DNA of 36,331 nt from Acidimicrobiia bacterium. GTDB taxonomy: Bacteria > Actinomycetota > Acidimicrobiia > Spongiisociales > JAOTWH01. Below the pieces are notes generated by a model. The model saw only the letters and a list, made by a program, of their open reading frames with translations. It was not told the DNA's origin and did no database searches. The stretch spans positions 1-36,331 of the forward strand of contig JBFJZV010000002.1 of assembly GCA_041621915.1 (NCBI GenBank), written 5' to 3'. Shown piece after piece: positions 24,431 to 32,627 of the stretch (positions are counted from its first letter, which is position 1; each line of letters begins with the position of its first letter). A program made the translations under genes and the position numbers.

Positions 24431-26155
24431 GTGCGCATCGTCGGTATATCGGCGTTCTTCCATGAGTCGGCGGCGAGCCTGCTCGTCGACGGGGAGCTGG
24501 TGGCGGCCGCCGCCGAGGAGCGCTTCACGCGGGTGAAGCACGACTCGCGGCTGCCCGTCAACGCCTACCGCTACTGCCTCGAAGCGGCCGGCCTGGGACC
24601 CGGCGACGTCGACGCCGTGGCGTTCTACGAGGACCCGGCGAAGAAGGCCGAGCGCCAGCACGCCCACGGCTTCACCGCACCACCGGGCCAACCGGACGCC
24701 CTCCACCCGGGCCGGCCCGAGCGGATGATCCGCGAGGTGCTCGGCCACGAGGGGACGATCCTCACCTTCGATCACCACCTCAGCCACGCCGCGAGCGCCT
24801 ACTTCTTCTCAGGGTTCGACGAGGCGGCGATCCTCACCGTGGACGGGGTGGGGGAGTGGGCGACGACGACCTACGGCACGGCGTACGGCGCCACGATCGA
24901 GCCGTTCGAGGAGGTTCGCTTCCCGCACTCGCTGGGCCTCTTCTATGCGACCGTCACGGCGTTCCTGGGGTTCCGGGTCAACGACGGCGAGTACAAGGTG
25001 ATGGGGCTCGCCCCGTACGGCGAGCCCCGCCTCGCCGACGCGTTGCGGTCCGTGGTGCGCTCCGGCCCGGGCGGGATGATCACCCTCGACATGGACCACT
25101 TCGACTTCGTCGACCGGATGTTCACCGACCGGCTGCCGGCGCTGCTCGGCGTGCCGCCCCGGGAGGAGGGGGCGCCTTTGGAGCATGCCCACGCCGACGT
25201 CGCCGCCAGCGCCCAACTCGTGCTCGAGGAGATCCTGCTCGAGAAAGCCCACCACCTCGCCGAGCGCACCGGTTCGGCGAACCTCTGTTACGCCGGCGGC
25301 GTCGCGCTGAACTGCGTCGCCAACGGGCGGCTGCTCCGGGAAGGGCCCTTCGCCCACCTCTTCGTCCCGCCTGCGGCCGGCGACGACGGCGGCAGCCTGG
25401 GCGCCGCGGCGCTCGCCCACGTCAGGCTCAGCGGCGAGCGGCCGGCAGCCAAGCCGATGACCCGCGCCGACCACGGCCCAGCCTACGACGCGGGCCGCGC
25501 CCTCGCAGGGAGCGGCCTCGCCGCCGAGCCCTACGTGCCGGATTCAGTGGCCGCCCGCCTCGAAGCGGGCCAGGTGATCGGGTGGTACTCGGGACGCATG
25601 GAGTTCGGCCCGCGTGCGCTGGGCCACCGCAGCATCCTCGCCGACCCCCGCGACCCGGGCATGCGGGAGCGACTCAACCGCCAGGTCAAGCGCCGCGAGG
25701 CGTTCCGTCCGTTCGCTCCCAGCGTGCTCGCCGGCCACGCGTCCGAGCACCTCGACCTCGACCATCCGTCGCCGTTCATGCTCGAGACGTGCCAGGTGCG
25801 GTCGCCGGTCGGCCTGCCGGCGGTCACCCACGTCGACGGGTCGTGCCGCCCCCAGACGGTCGATCCTGCCGTCGAGCCCCGTTACGCCGAGCTGCTCGCG
25901 GCGTTTCACCGCCGCACCGGCTGCCCGGTGCTGCTGAACACCTCGCTGAACGTTGCGGGAGAGCCGATCGCCTGCACACCCACCGACGCGTTGCTGACGA
26001 TGGCTGCAGCCGGGCTCGACGCGCTGGTTCTGGACGACGTCGTCGTCGAGAGGGCGGCGCTGCCGGCCGGCCTCCCCGAGCTCGTGGCGGCGTGGGACAC
26101 CGTGCCCCCGGCCGTGTTCGGCGCGGCGGCGCGCAACCTGTACTCGTTCGCATGA
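24431..26155 (+). CDS. carbamoyltransferase (NodU/CmcH family)
   Basis: GTG at 24431, 8 nt after the upstream stop. The N-terminus VRIVGISAFFHESAASLLVDGELVAAAAEERFTRVKHD is the family signature. The C-terminal domain carries RPFAPSV and HVDGSCRPQTV. Confidence 0.9.
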   Translation: MRIVGISAFFHESAASLLVDGELVAAAAEERFTRVKHDSRLPVNAYRYCLEAAGLGPGDVDAVAFYEDPAKKAERQHAHGFTAPPGQPDALHPGRPERMIREVLGHEGTILTFDHHLSHAASAYFFSGFDEAAILTVDGVGEWATTTYGTAYGATIEPFEEVRFPHSLGLFYATVTAFLGFRVNDGEYKVMGLAPYGEPRLADALRSVVRSGPGGMITLDMDHFDFVDRMFTDRLPALLGVPPREEGAPLEHAHADVAASAQLVLEEILLEKAHHLAERTGSANLCYAGGVALNCVANGRLLREGPFAHLFVPPAAGDDGGSLGAAALAHVRLSGERPAAKPMTRADHGPAYDAGRALAGSGLAAEPYVPDSVAARLEAGQVIGWYSGRMEFGPRALGHRSILADPRDPGMRERLNRQVKRREAFRPFAPSVLAGHASEHLDLDHPSPFMLETCQVRSPVGLPAVTHVDGSCRPQTVDPAVEPRYAELLAAFHRRTGCPVLLNTSLNVAGEPIACTPTDALLTMAAAGLDALVLDDVVVERAALPAGLPELVAAWDTVPPAVFGAAARNLYSFA

Positions 26156-27984
26156 GCGGCGTGGCCGTCTGGCGGCCATCGGAGGTCGACGGCGAGCCGG
26201 CGTTCGTCCGGCCGGCGCCGGCGCCGTTCGGCGATCACCATGCCGCCCGCCGGGTGATCCCGGCCGCCAAGGCGCCCGGGACGCAGCGGGTGTGCCTATT
26301 CGGCGAGTCCGCCGCCGCCGGCTACCTGTACGCGCCGCACCTCACCCCGGCGCAGGTGCTGGCGTCGCACCTGGGCGGCGGCTGGGAGGTCGTCGACCTG
26401 GCCCGCACGAACGAGACCCTCGCCGGGCTCGTCACCACAGCCACCGAGGCCGCCAGCCGCCTCGACCCCGACGTGCTGGTGGTGCTCACGGGCAACAACT
26501 GGAACCTGCTGGAGACGCCGGAAGTGTCTCCCTATTACCCGAGCGCCGCCGGGCGAGCCGAGTACGCGGCTGCGTTGCGAGAGGCGGGCCCGGCCGGTCC
26601 CATCGAGTTGGCCGGACGCCGCCGGCTGCGCAAGGCAGGAGACGCGCTGGCTCACCTGGCGTCGCTCGGTCTGCCGGTCGTGCTGGTGGTGCCGGACGTC
26701 AACGTCGCCGATTGGGAGGCGCGCCAGCCGCCCCCGTGGCTCCCCGGCGGCGCGACCCCGGCCTGGCACCGCCACTACGCGGCGGCCGCCGACGCGTTGG
26801 CGGCCGGGACGCCGGCCGTTGCCCGCGAGCACGCCGAGCGGATGATCGACCTCGACGGCGGCCTCACGCCCTCACCGTTCCGGTTCCTCGCCGCCGCCGG
26901 CGTTGCCGGCGCGGCGGCCGCGGAGGCAGCCGCGGACCACTACGCCACGATGTGCCTGCTCGGCGCCCCACGGGCCGCGCCGATCGACCAGGAGGTGCAG
27001 CGGCGGGCAGCCGGCCACCACGGTTTCCGGCTGGTCGACCTGCCTGCGCTCTTCGCGGGCCGCCACCTCTTCCTCGACTACTGCCACATGACGGCCGAGG
27101 GGATCGGCGTGGCCATGGCCGCCGTCGCCTCCGTAGTGCTGGGGCGGGGCGTGGGCCCGCGGGACCCGCGGCCGCCGCCCGCGGTGGAAGCCACCGCCCG
27201 GCTGGGGGCGGCCATCCACACCGCCCACCGGCACCTCCCGGTCGATCCGCGCAACGACACCGTCGCCGAGTGGCTCCGGCGGGCGCTGGCCGCCGACCCG
27301 GGAGTTGCTGCGGCCATGCTCGACGTGGCCGAGGCCAGGACCGCCCTCGTGCCCGAGGTGCTGACGCCGGCGCAGCAGCGCAACCTGGCGTCGCCCCATC
27401 GGCTCGGCTACCAGCACGGGTGGCGCTTCGACCACGTGGACGCCGTCCTGCTCGACGCCATGGCGGAAGTGCTCGGCGGGGAGGCCGAGGCGGCGCTGGC
27501 CCCGCGTGCCGCCGGGGCCGTTCCGGTGGAGCTGGTGGCGCCGCCGGATTACCTGTGGGAGCCCGCTTCCCGGTTCCATCCCGAGGTGGCGCCCTTCGCC
27601 GACGTGACCGTCCCGCCCTTCCTCCGATGCCCGTGGCCTTCGGTCTCCCTCGCGTTCGTGGCCGGCGGCGCAGTCGATCACGCAGTCGCGGTCACCGCCC
27701 GACTGCCGCGGCATGGCGCGCCAGGCGACGCGTCGATCACGGTCAACGGCATCGCCTTGGGCAGCACCGCCCTCGGCAGGCGATGGACCTCCTCGACCGT
27801 GCGGGTGCCGGGGGAGGTAGTGCGGCCCGGGCTCAACCGGCTCGACGTGGCCTGGCCGGAGCTGCCGCCGGTGGGCGACGCTGCGTTGGCCGATGTGGTC
27901 GACAGGCTGGGGCGAGGGCTGCCCGCCGACCTGCATCCGGTGTTCGGCGAGCTGTGGTCGGTGCGGGTGCGGCGAACGTCTTAG
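26152..27984 (+). CDS. SGNH/GDSL hydrolase-like protein with long C-terminal extension
   Basis: The start overlaps the carbamoyltransferase stop (ATGA at 26152-26155). Candidate block I is CLFGESAAAG, block III is LTGNNW and block V is LDYCHMT. The remaining roughly 350 aa have no family I recognise. The upstream part of track ORF 24856..27984 is a shadow frame. Confidence 0.65.
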   Translation: MSGVAVWRPSEVDGEPAFVRPAPAPFGDHHAARRVIPAAKAPGTQRVCLFGESAAAGYLYAPHLTPAQVLASHLGGGWEVVDLARTNETLAGLVTTATEAASRLDPDVLVVLTGNNWNLLETPEVSPYYPSAAGRAEYAAALREAGPAGPIELAGRRRLRKAGDALAHLASLGLPVVLVVPDVNVADWEARQPPPWLPGGATPAWHRHYAAAADALAAGTPAVAREHAERMIDLDGGLTPSPFRFLAAAGVAGAAAAEAAADHYATMCLLGAPRAAPIDQEVQRRAAGHHGFRLVDLPALFAGRHLFLDYCHMTAEGIGVAMAAVASVVLGRGVGPRDPRPPPAVEATARLGAAIHTAHRHLPVDPRNDTVAEWLRRALAADPGVAAAMLDVAEARTALVPEVLTPAQQRNLASPHRLGYQHGWRFDHVDAVLLDAMAEVLGGEAEAALAPRAAGAVPVELVAPPDYLWEPASRFHPEVAPFADVTVPPFLRCPWPSVSLAFVAGGAVDHAVAVTARLPRHGAPGDASITVNGIALGSTALGRRWTSSTVRVPGEVVRPGLNRLDVAWPELPPVGDAALADVVDRLGRGLPADLHPVFGELWSVRVRRTS

Positions 27985-28244
27985 TGGAGGCTCTCCCGCA
28001 CCAGCTTGGCCATGTCGTCGTGCAGGCTGAGCGGCCGCATGTCGGTCCACACTTCCTCGATGTACCGGGTGACTTCGGCCTTGGAGCCGACCGGGCCCGG
28101 CAGGTCGGCGAAGCCCTCGACCTCGGGAGGCGGGACCGACCGCCATCCGGCTGGGTCCTCGCGATCCGCCGGCCATATCGAGTACTGCTCCTCGTGGTTG
28201 ATCACCACCTTGTACCGAACGTCGTTCGGGAAGCCCTTGAACAT
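27981..28244 (-). CDS. MbtH-like protein
   Basis: GAGGAGCGG lies upstream of the ATG. The sequence is YKVVINHEEQYSIWPADREDPAGW...YIEEVWTDMRPLSL, with the three invariant Trp of the MbtH family. It carries an unusually long insert between the second and third Trp. Confidence 0.85.
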   Translation of the reverse strand: MFKGFPNDVRYKVVINHEEQYSIWPADREDPAGWRSVPPPEVEGFADLPGPVGSKAEVTRYIEEVWTDMRPLSLHDDMAKLVRESLH

Positions 28245-28275
28245 GTCGCCGCTCCTCGGTGTCGGGGTCGGAAGG

Positions 28276-29916
28276 CTACCCGCAGTCGCCGGGCGCCTCG
28301 GTGCCCGCCGGGGCGCCGCCGGCCAGCGTCTCTGCGACCGCCGTGCGGATCTTCTCCACGTGCGGGCGGGGATGACCCATTCCGTCGTCGCCCGCCGCGT
28401 AGCGGGGTGCGGTGAGCGCGACCGTGGTGATGTCCTCGAAGCCGAGGCCGGCGGCGTGCCCGACGAGATCGGGGAGCACGTCGAGCGGGACGTTGGTGGA
28501 GGCCGACGACCGGATGGCGTCGGCGAGGCGCGGGAAGGAGCGAGCCAGCGTCAACGGGTCCGCGGCGGCCGCGACCGAGCGCACCATGCAACGTTGCCGC
28601 TGCATGCGGGCGTAGTCGCTGCTGGTCTTGCGATCCCGCACGTACGCCAGTGCCTCGCGGCCGTGCAGGTGGTGGCGACCGGGCGCCAGGTCGACCTTGA
28701 TCCACGGCTCGCCGGGGAACGCCGGCGACACTTCGGCACGCACCCGCTTGGTCACGGTGACGTCGACGCCGTGGAGCGCGTCCACGAGCTCGACGAAGCC
28801 ACCCATGTCGACCAGCACGTAGTAGTCGATCGGCAGCCCCAGCATGTGCTCGACGGTCGCCCGCAGCGCCTCCATCCCCGGGTCGGGGGCGTCGGGGAAC
28901 GTCCGAGTCCAGTTGAGCGTCTCTTTGCGGAGTGCGTTGAGGATGTCCGGGAAGCAGCGGCACGGGCCCCGCGGCACACCGGGGTTGGTGGCCCGGATCT
29001 GCCGCTCACGATCGGCGAACGCATCCCGGAAGGACGGCGGCAGCGGAACCCAGCCGAAATTGCGGGGGATGCCGAACACCACCGCGCGGTCGGTCGTCAG
29101 GTCGAGCGTCGCGACCATCATCGTGTCGGTGCGCAGCCCGCCGCGGCCGGGCCCGGCGTCGCCACCGGCGACCAGTACCGTGATGCGGTCGGGCAGCGGC
29201 GACGGGTCAACCGGCGCGAGCGGCGCGTCCTCCATCCTCGCTTCGCGGGGGACGATCTCGGGGCGAAGCGGGTCCAGGTCGGCCTCCGGGATGAGCCGGC
29301 GCGCTTCGGCGGCGCTGCCGGGCCCAGTCGGGGCGATCGTCGGCGGCGGAGCCGGGAGCGTCGCGACGGTGGCCGGCTGAGGCGCCGGGCCCTGGTAGGC
29401 GGCCAGGTCCACGTCGGGCGACAGGGTGGGCTCGTCTCCGACGAACACCGAATCGAGCAGCCGGATGGTATCGACCGTGTACGCCCCGGCGACCACATGC
29501 GGAGCGGCGATCACCGCCACCCCCGTCAGAAGCGCCATGGCACGCAGCGGAGCCCGGCCCGACCGCGCCCACGCCGCCAGGCGATACGCGTCGGCGGCTG
29601 CAACCAGCCGCAGCATTGCCACCGCGGCGTTGACGACCAGCAGTGCCCACAGCCAGCGTGGCTGAACGGCCAGGCGTGCGAGGTACACCGGGCCCCGGCT
29701 GGCCAGCGCCGCAGCGGCGCCCACTGTGGCGGCGGTCGGCAGCAGGAACCAGAGGGAGCGGAGCAGCCGCCCGGCATACATCTGGCCGGCGCCCGGCACG
29801 ATCGAGGACAGCACCCCGGCGAGCCACGCTCGCCGCCACGGCACCACCGCGGGCGCCGAGGCGACCCCCAAGGGGTCCGCGGCTGCGCCGGGGAGCGGGT
29901 GCTGGCTGACCGACAT
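28276..29916 (-). CDS. LytR-CpsA-Psr (LCP) family cell-wall glycopolymer ligase with N-terminal membrane region
   Basis: GAGGTGGG lies upstream of ATG 29916. N-terminal TM segments are present. The LCP core is LRTDTMMVATLD..VFGIPRN..DYYVLVDMGGFVELVDALHGVDV..LHGREALAYVRDRK..DYARMQRQ. Confidence 0.85.
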   Translation of the reverse strand: MSVSQHPLPGAAADPLGVASAPAVVPWRRAWLAGVLSSIVPGAGQMYAGRLLRSLWFLLPTAATVGAAAALASRGPVYLARLAVQPRWLWALLVVNAAVAMLRLVAAADAYRLAAWARSGRAPLRAMALLTGVAVIAAPHVVAGAYTVDTIRLLDSVFVGDEPTLSPDVDLAAYQGPAPQPATVATLPAPPPTIAPTGPGSAAEARRLIPEADLDPLRPEIVPREARMEDAPLAPVDPSPLPDRITVLVAGGDAGPGRGGLRTDTMMVATLDLTTDRAVVFGIPRNFGWVPLPPSFRDAFADRERQIRATNPGVPRGPCRCFPDILNALRKETLNWTRTFPDAPDPGMEALRATVEHMLGLPIDYYVLVDMGGFVELVDALHGVDVTVTKRVRAEVSPAFPGEPWIKVDLAPGRHHLHGREALAYVRDRKTSSDYARMQRQRCMVRSVAAAADPLTLARSFPRLADAIRSSASTNVPLDVLPDLVGHAAGLGFEDITTVALTAPRYAAGDDGMGHPRPHVEKIRTAVAETLAGGAPAGTEAPGDCG

Positions 29917-30171
29917 ACCCACCTCACGGCTCGAGTACGAGGACAACGGACCGCCGCCCACCCCGGTTCCGGCTGTTACCTACTTGTGACGTTCTCAACC
30001 TACGCGCGGTTCACCCGATCGGCGAGGGGAGGAAGGCCCGACGACGCCGGTGCGCCGCTGCGTTTCCATCATCGCCGCCGGGTCGGCGGACACGCCCCAC
30101 CGGAACGCCCCGTGCCGGATGTCAATGGCCGAGCAGCGCGCCGGCGGCGGCCGCGGCGGCGCGCCACGAGC

Positions 30172-31323
30172 TCATCGCACCCGGGACAGCTTCACCGGGG
30201 CCCGCTCCTTCGCCGAGATGAGCGCCGCTTCGAGCACACGTTGCGTCTCATAGGCGTCCGCGAAGTCGGGGAGCGGCACGACGGGCCTCCGGCGTGAGAT
30301 CGCCCGGACGGTGTCGGCGGCTTGGTTGACGAAGCCGTGCTCGTAGCCGAGACCGTGGCTCTCGGGCCACCAATGCCCGGCGTAGGGGTGGCCGTCCGCC
30401 TCCCGGGTCACGTCGACGGTCGTCCAGCCGGCGGTGCGGCCCTCGCCGGTGGCGTCGTACACGGCAAGCTCGTTCATCCGGGAGAAGTCGAAGCTGATGG
30501 CGCCACGCTCGCCGTGGACCTCGAGCCGGTTCCGGTTGCGGTACCCGGTGGCGAGGCGGGTCGCCTCGAAGCTCGCCACCGCGCCGCCTTTGAAGCGGGC
30601 GAGGAACAGCACGGCGTCGTCGACGGTGCTGCGGCCGGTGCGCTTCGGGTCGTCCGGCAGCGGCCGCTCCTTCACGAACGTCTCGGCGATGGCGCCGGTC
30701 ACCTCGGTGATCTCGTCGCCGGTGACGAAGCGGGCCATGTCGACGATGTGGGCGTTGAGGTCGCCGTGGGCGCCGGTACCGGCCTGGCCCTTGCGGAACC
30801 GCCACAGCAGCGGCGTCTCGGGCCCGCCCCAGCTCTGCAGGTACTGCGCCCGCACGTGGTAGATGCGCCCGAGGCGGCCCTCCCGGACGAGCTGGTGGGC
30901 GAAGGCCACCGCCGGCACCCGCCGGTAGTTGAACCATACGAATGTCTTGCCTGCGGCGGGGCGGGCGGCCTGCATCATCTCCCGGGCATGGTCGAGGGTG
31001 CCCGCCAGCGGCTTCTCGCAGGCGACGTGCTTGCCCGCCTCCAGCGCGGCGAGGGCCTGGTCGCGGTGGATGTGGTTTGGCGTGCCCACGTCGACCAGGT
31101 CGACGTCGTCCGCGGTGGCGGCTGCACGCCAGTCGGTGGTCCATCGCCCCCACCCCCACCGGGAGGCGAAGGCCTCGAGGTCGGCGGCCTCGCGGGCGGC
31201 GGCTACCTGCATGATCGGCTGGCGGGGCAGGTCGAAGAACTTACCGACCTTGAGCCACGCGTTGGAGTGGGCTCGGCCCATGAACTTGGACCCGATCAAG
31301 GCGATGCGGAGGGGCTTGGGCAT
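30172..31323 (-). CDS. Gfo/Idh/MocA family oxidoreductase
   Basis: The N-terminal Rossmann motif is LRIALIGSKFMGRAHSNAW, followed by the EKPLA motif (VACEKPLAG). Length is 383 aa. Confidence 0.9.
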   Translation of the reverse strand: MPKPLRIALIGSKFMGRAHSNAWLKVGKFFDLPRQPIMQVAAAREAADLEAFASRWGWGRWTTDWRAAATADDVDLVDVGTPNHIHRDQALAALEAGKHVACEKPLAGTLDHAREMMQAARPAAGKTFVWFNYRRVPAVAFAHQLVREGRLGRIYHVRAQYLQSWGGPETPLLWRFRKGQAGTGAHGDLNAHIVDMARFVTGDEITEVTGAIAETFVKERPLPDDPKRTGRSTVDDAVLFLARFKGGAVASFEATRLATGYRNRNRLEVHGERGAISFDFSRMNELAVYDATGEGRTAGWTTVDVTREADGHPYAGHWWPESHGLGYEHGFVNQAADTVRAISRRRPVVPLPDFADAYETQRVLEAALISAKERAPVKLSRVR

Positions 31324-31351
31324 GGCCGGAACCCTACCGGTGGCGGGGTTG

Positions 31352-32080
31352 TCAGCCGACGAGAGGCAGGTCGCGAGGCACGCCCAGCTCGGCGGGGTCG
31401 AGCGGTTCGCCCAGGGCCGGCGGCGTCATCGGCCCCGGGTCGGGGAGCGGCGTGAACCCGTAGTCGATCGCCGTCGTGCCGCTCTGGATGACGGCGCCTC
31501 CCTCGGTGCGGATCACGTAGCTGCGCAGCGCCCCGTCGGCGCCGATGACCCACGCCTGGATCAGCCGATCGCCCCGGTGCGGGCTGTCGATCACCCAGCG
31601 GACCTCGCCGGCGGCGCCGGTCTCCCTGGACGCAACGGTCTCGCCCGCGACGTCGGCTGCGGGGGAGATGTCGCCTGCGGCGATCTCGGCCAGGTTCAGG
31701 CTGAGCGGGATGCGCTCGGTCGGGTCCTCGTCTAGGCGCGCCCACGGCCGGTCGCCGTCGCCGCCGCGCTGCGCCGAGTACAGGTCGCTCCCGATCTGGA
31801 CGAGCCCGAAGACCGCGGCTTCGCTGCCCGGCTCCTGGATCCCGGCGGCCACGTAGCGGTAGTCGCCGCCGGCCCGGTAATCGACCCAGTCCGCCCGGGT
31901 GACGGTGCGCTCCTCGCCCGTCCGGACTGCGGTGGCGGTGATCCGCGGGGCGGCGAGCAGCGCCCGGGTGGCGGCTCGTACCTCGGCCTCCAGCTCGGGC
32001 AGCCGGGTGGGCTCGCCGGAGTCGCCGCAGCTCGCCAGGGCCAGCGCCGGCAGCAGCAGCGCCGCCATCAACGCCTTCAT
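31352..32080 (-). CDS. hypothetical lipoprotein
   Basis: The signal peptide plus lipobox is MKALMAALLLPALALASC. The start lies 7 nt downstream of the preceding gene's stop, so it appears to be the middle gene of a three-gene minus-strand operon. Confidence 0.7.
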   Translation of the reverse strand: MKALMAALLLPALALASCGDSGEPTRLPELEAEVRAATRALLAAPRITATAVRTGEERTVTRADWVDYRAGGDYRYVAAGIQEPGSEAAVFGLVQIGSDLYSAQRGGDGDRPWARLDEDPTERIPLSLNLAEIAAGDISPAADVAGETVASRETGAAGEVRWVIDSPHRGDRLIQAWVIGADGALRSYVIRTEGGAVIQSGTTAIDYGFTPLPDPGPMTPPALGEPLDPAELGVPRDLPLVG

Positions 32081-32087
32081 GCGGTGG

Positions 32088-32513
32088 TCATTCCCGGCGG
32101 CGGGCCAGCTCCTCCTCGAGGGCGGCCGTCGAGTACGCCATCAGCGCCGGGTCCCACGCTCGCGCCACGGGGAGGCACGCCTCGACGTCGAGCAGCTCGG
32201 CCACGGTGTCCCGCAGGGTGCGCGCCCAGGCGCGGCCGGTCGCCACGCCATGCATGCTGAGCGTGCCGTCGGCGTTGGCCAGGTAGGCCCGCGCCTCGAC
32301 CTGCGGGTTCGCCCGCGACCCCCGCTCCCCGTAGACCACCAGCACGCACGGGGCAGGCAGGTCCTGCACGCCGCCGGCCGCCACGAAGTCGCCCTCGTAC
32401 GCCCAGCCGCCGGTCTTCTCGACGTCGACGTTGGTGACGACCTTCGCCCAGTTCTTGCGGCGCTCGTCGCCGAGAAGGGGGATCTCAACGGGCGTGGTGG
32501 TTGCGGTATGCAC
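32088..32513 (-). CDS. hypothetical protein (about 141 aa)
   Basis: The 3' part of track ORF 32088..34097 has normal amino-acid composition and high GC3 (PLLGDERRKNWAKVVTNVDVEKTGGWAYEGDF..). The GTG start at 32513 is inferred. Upstream of it the frame is antisense to real plus-strand genes. Confidence 0.5.
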   Translation of the reverse strand: MHTATTTPVEIPLLGDERRKNWAKVVTNVDVEKTGGWAYEGDFVAAGGVQDLPAPCVLVVYGERGSRANPQVEARAYLANADGTLSMHGVATGRAWARTLRDTVAELLDVEACLPVARAWDPALMAYSTAALEEELARRRE

Positions 32514-32627
32514 GGCTGCCGGCACCCTACCGGCGGGGTATGACGCAGCCCGGCAATGCCGAGGCCACTGCAACCCGAGGCTCGCTGCGTGCGCTAGCTT
32601 TTCGCTCGGGCCAGGAAGGGAGTCCTG

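Noticed and set aside
29917-30171. 255-bp region upstream of the LCP gene as a possible riboswitch or sRNA. On the minus strand it contains a perfect TTGACA (30120-30125), a GTAGGT direct repeat and a GC-rich near-palindrome (30137-30166)
   Set aside because: TTGACA has no suitably spaced TANNNT -10 box. I could not match any known riboswitch consensus. The GC-rich element is most simply the terminator of the upstream Gfo/Idh/MocA gene. I note it only as the likely promoter/terminator region.
28006-30297. 763-aa plus-strand ORF
   Set aside because: It is antisense to the LCP gene and the MbtH-like gene, both supported by family motifs and SD sequences. Its translation is Arg/Gly-rich and featureless.
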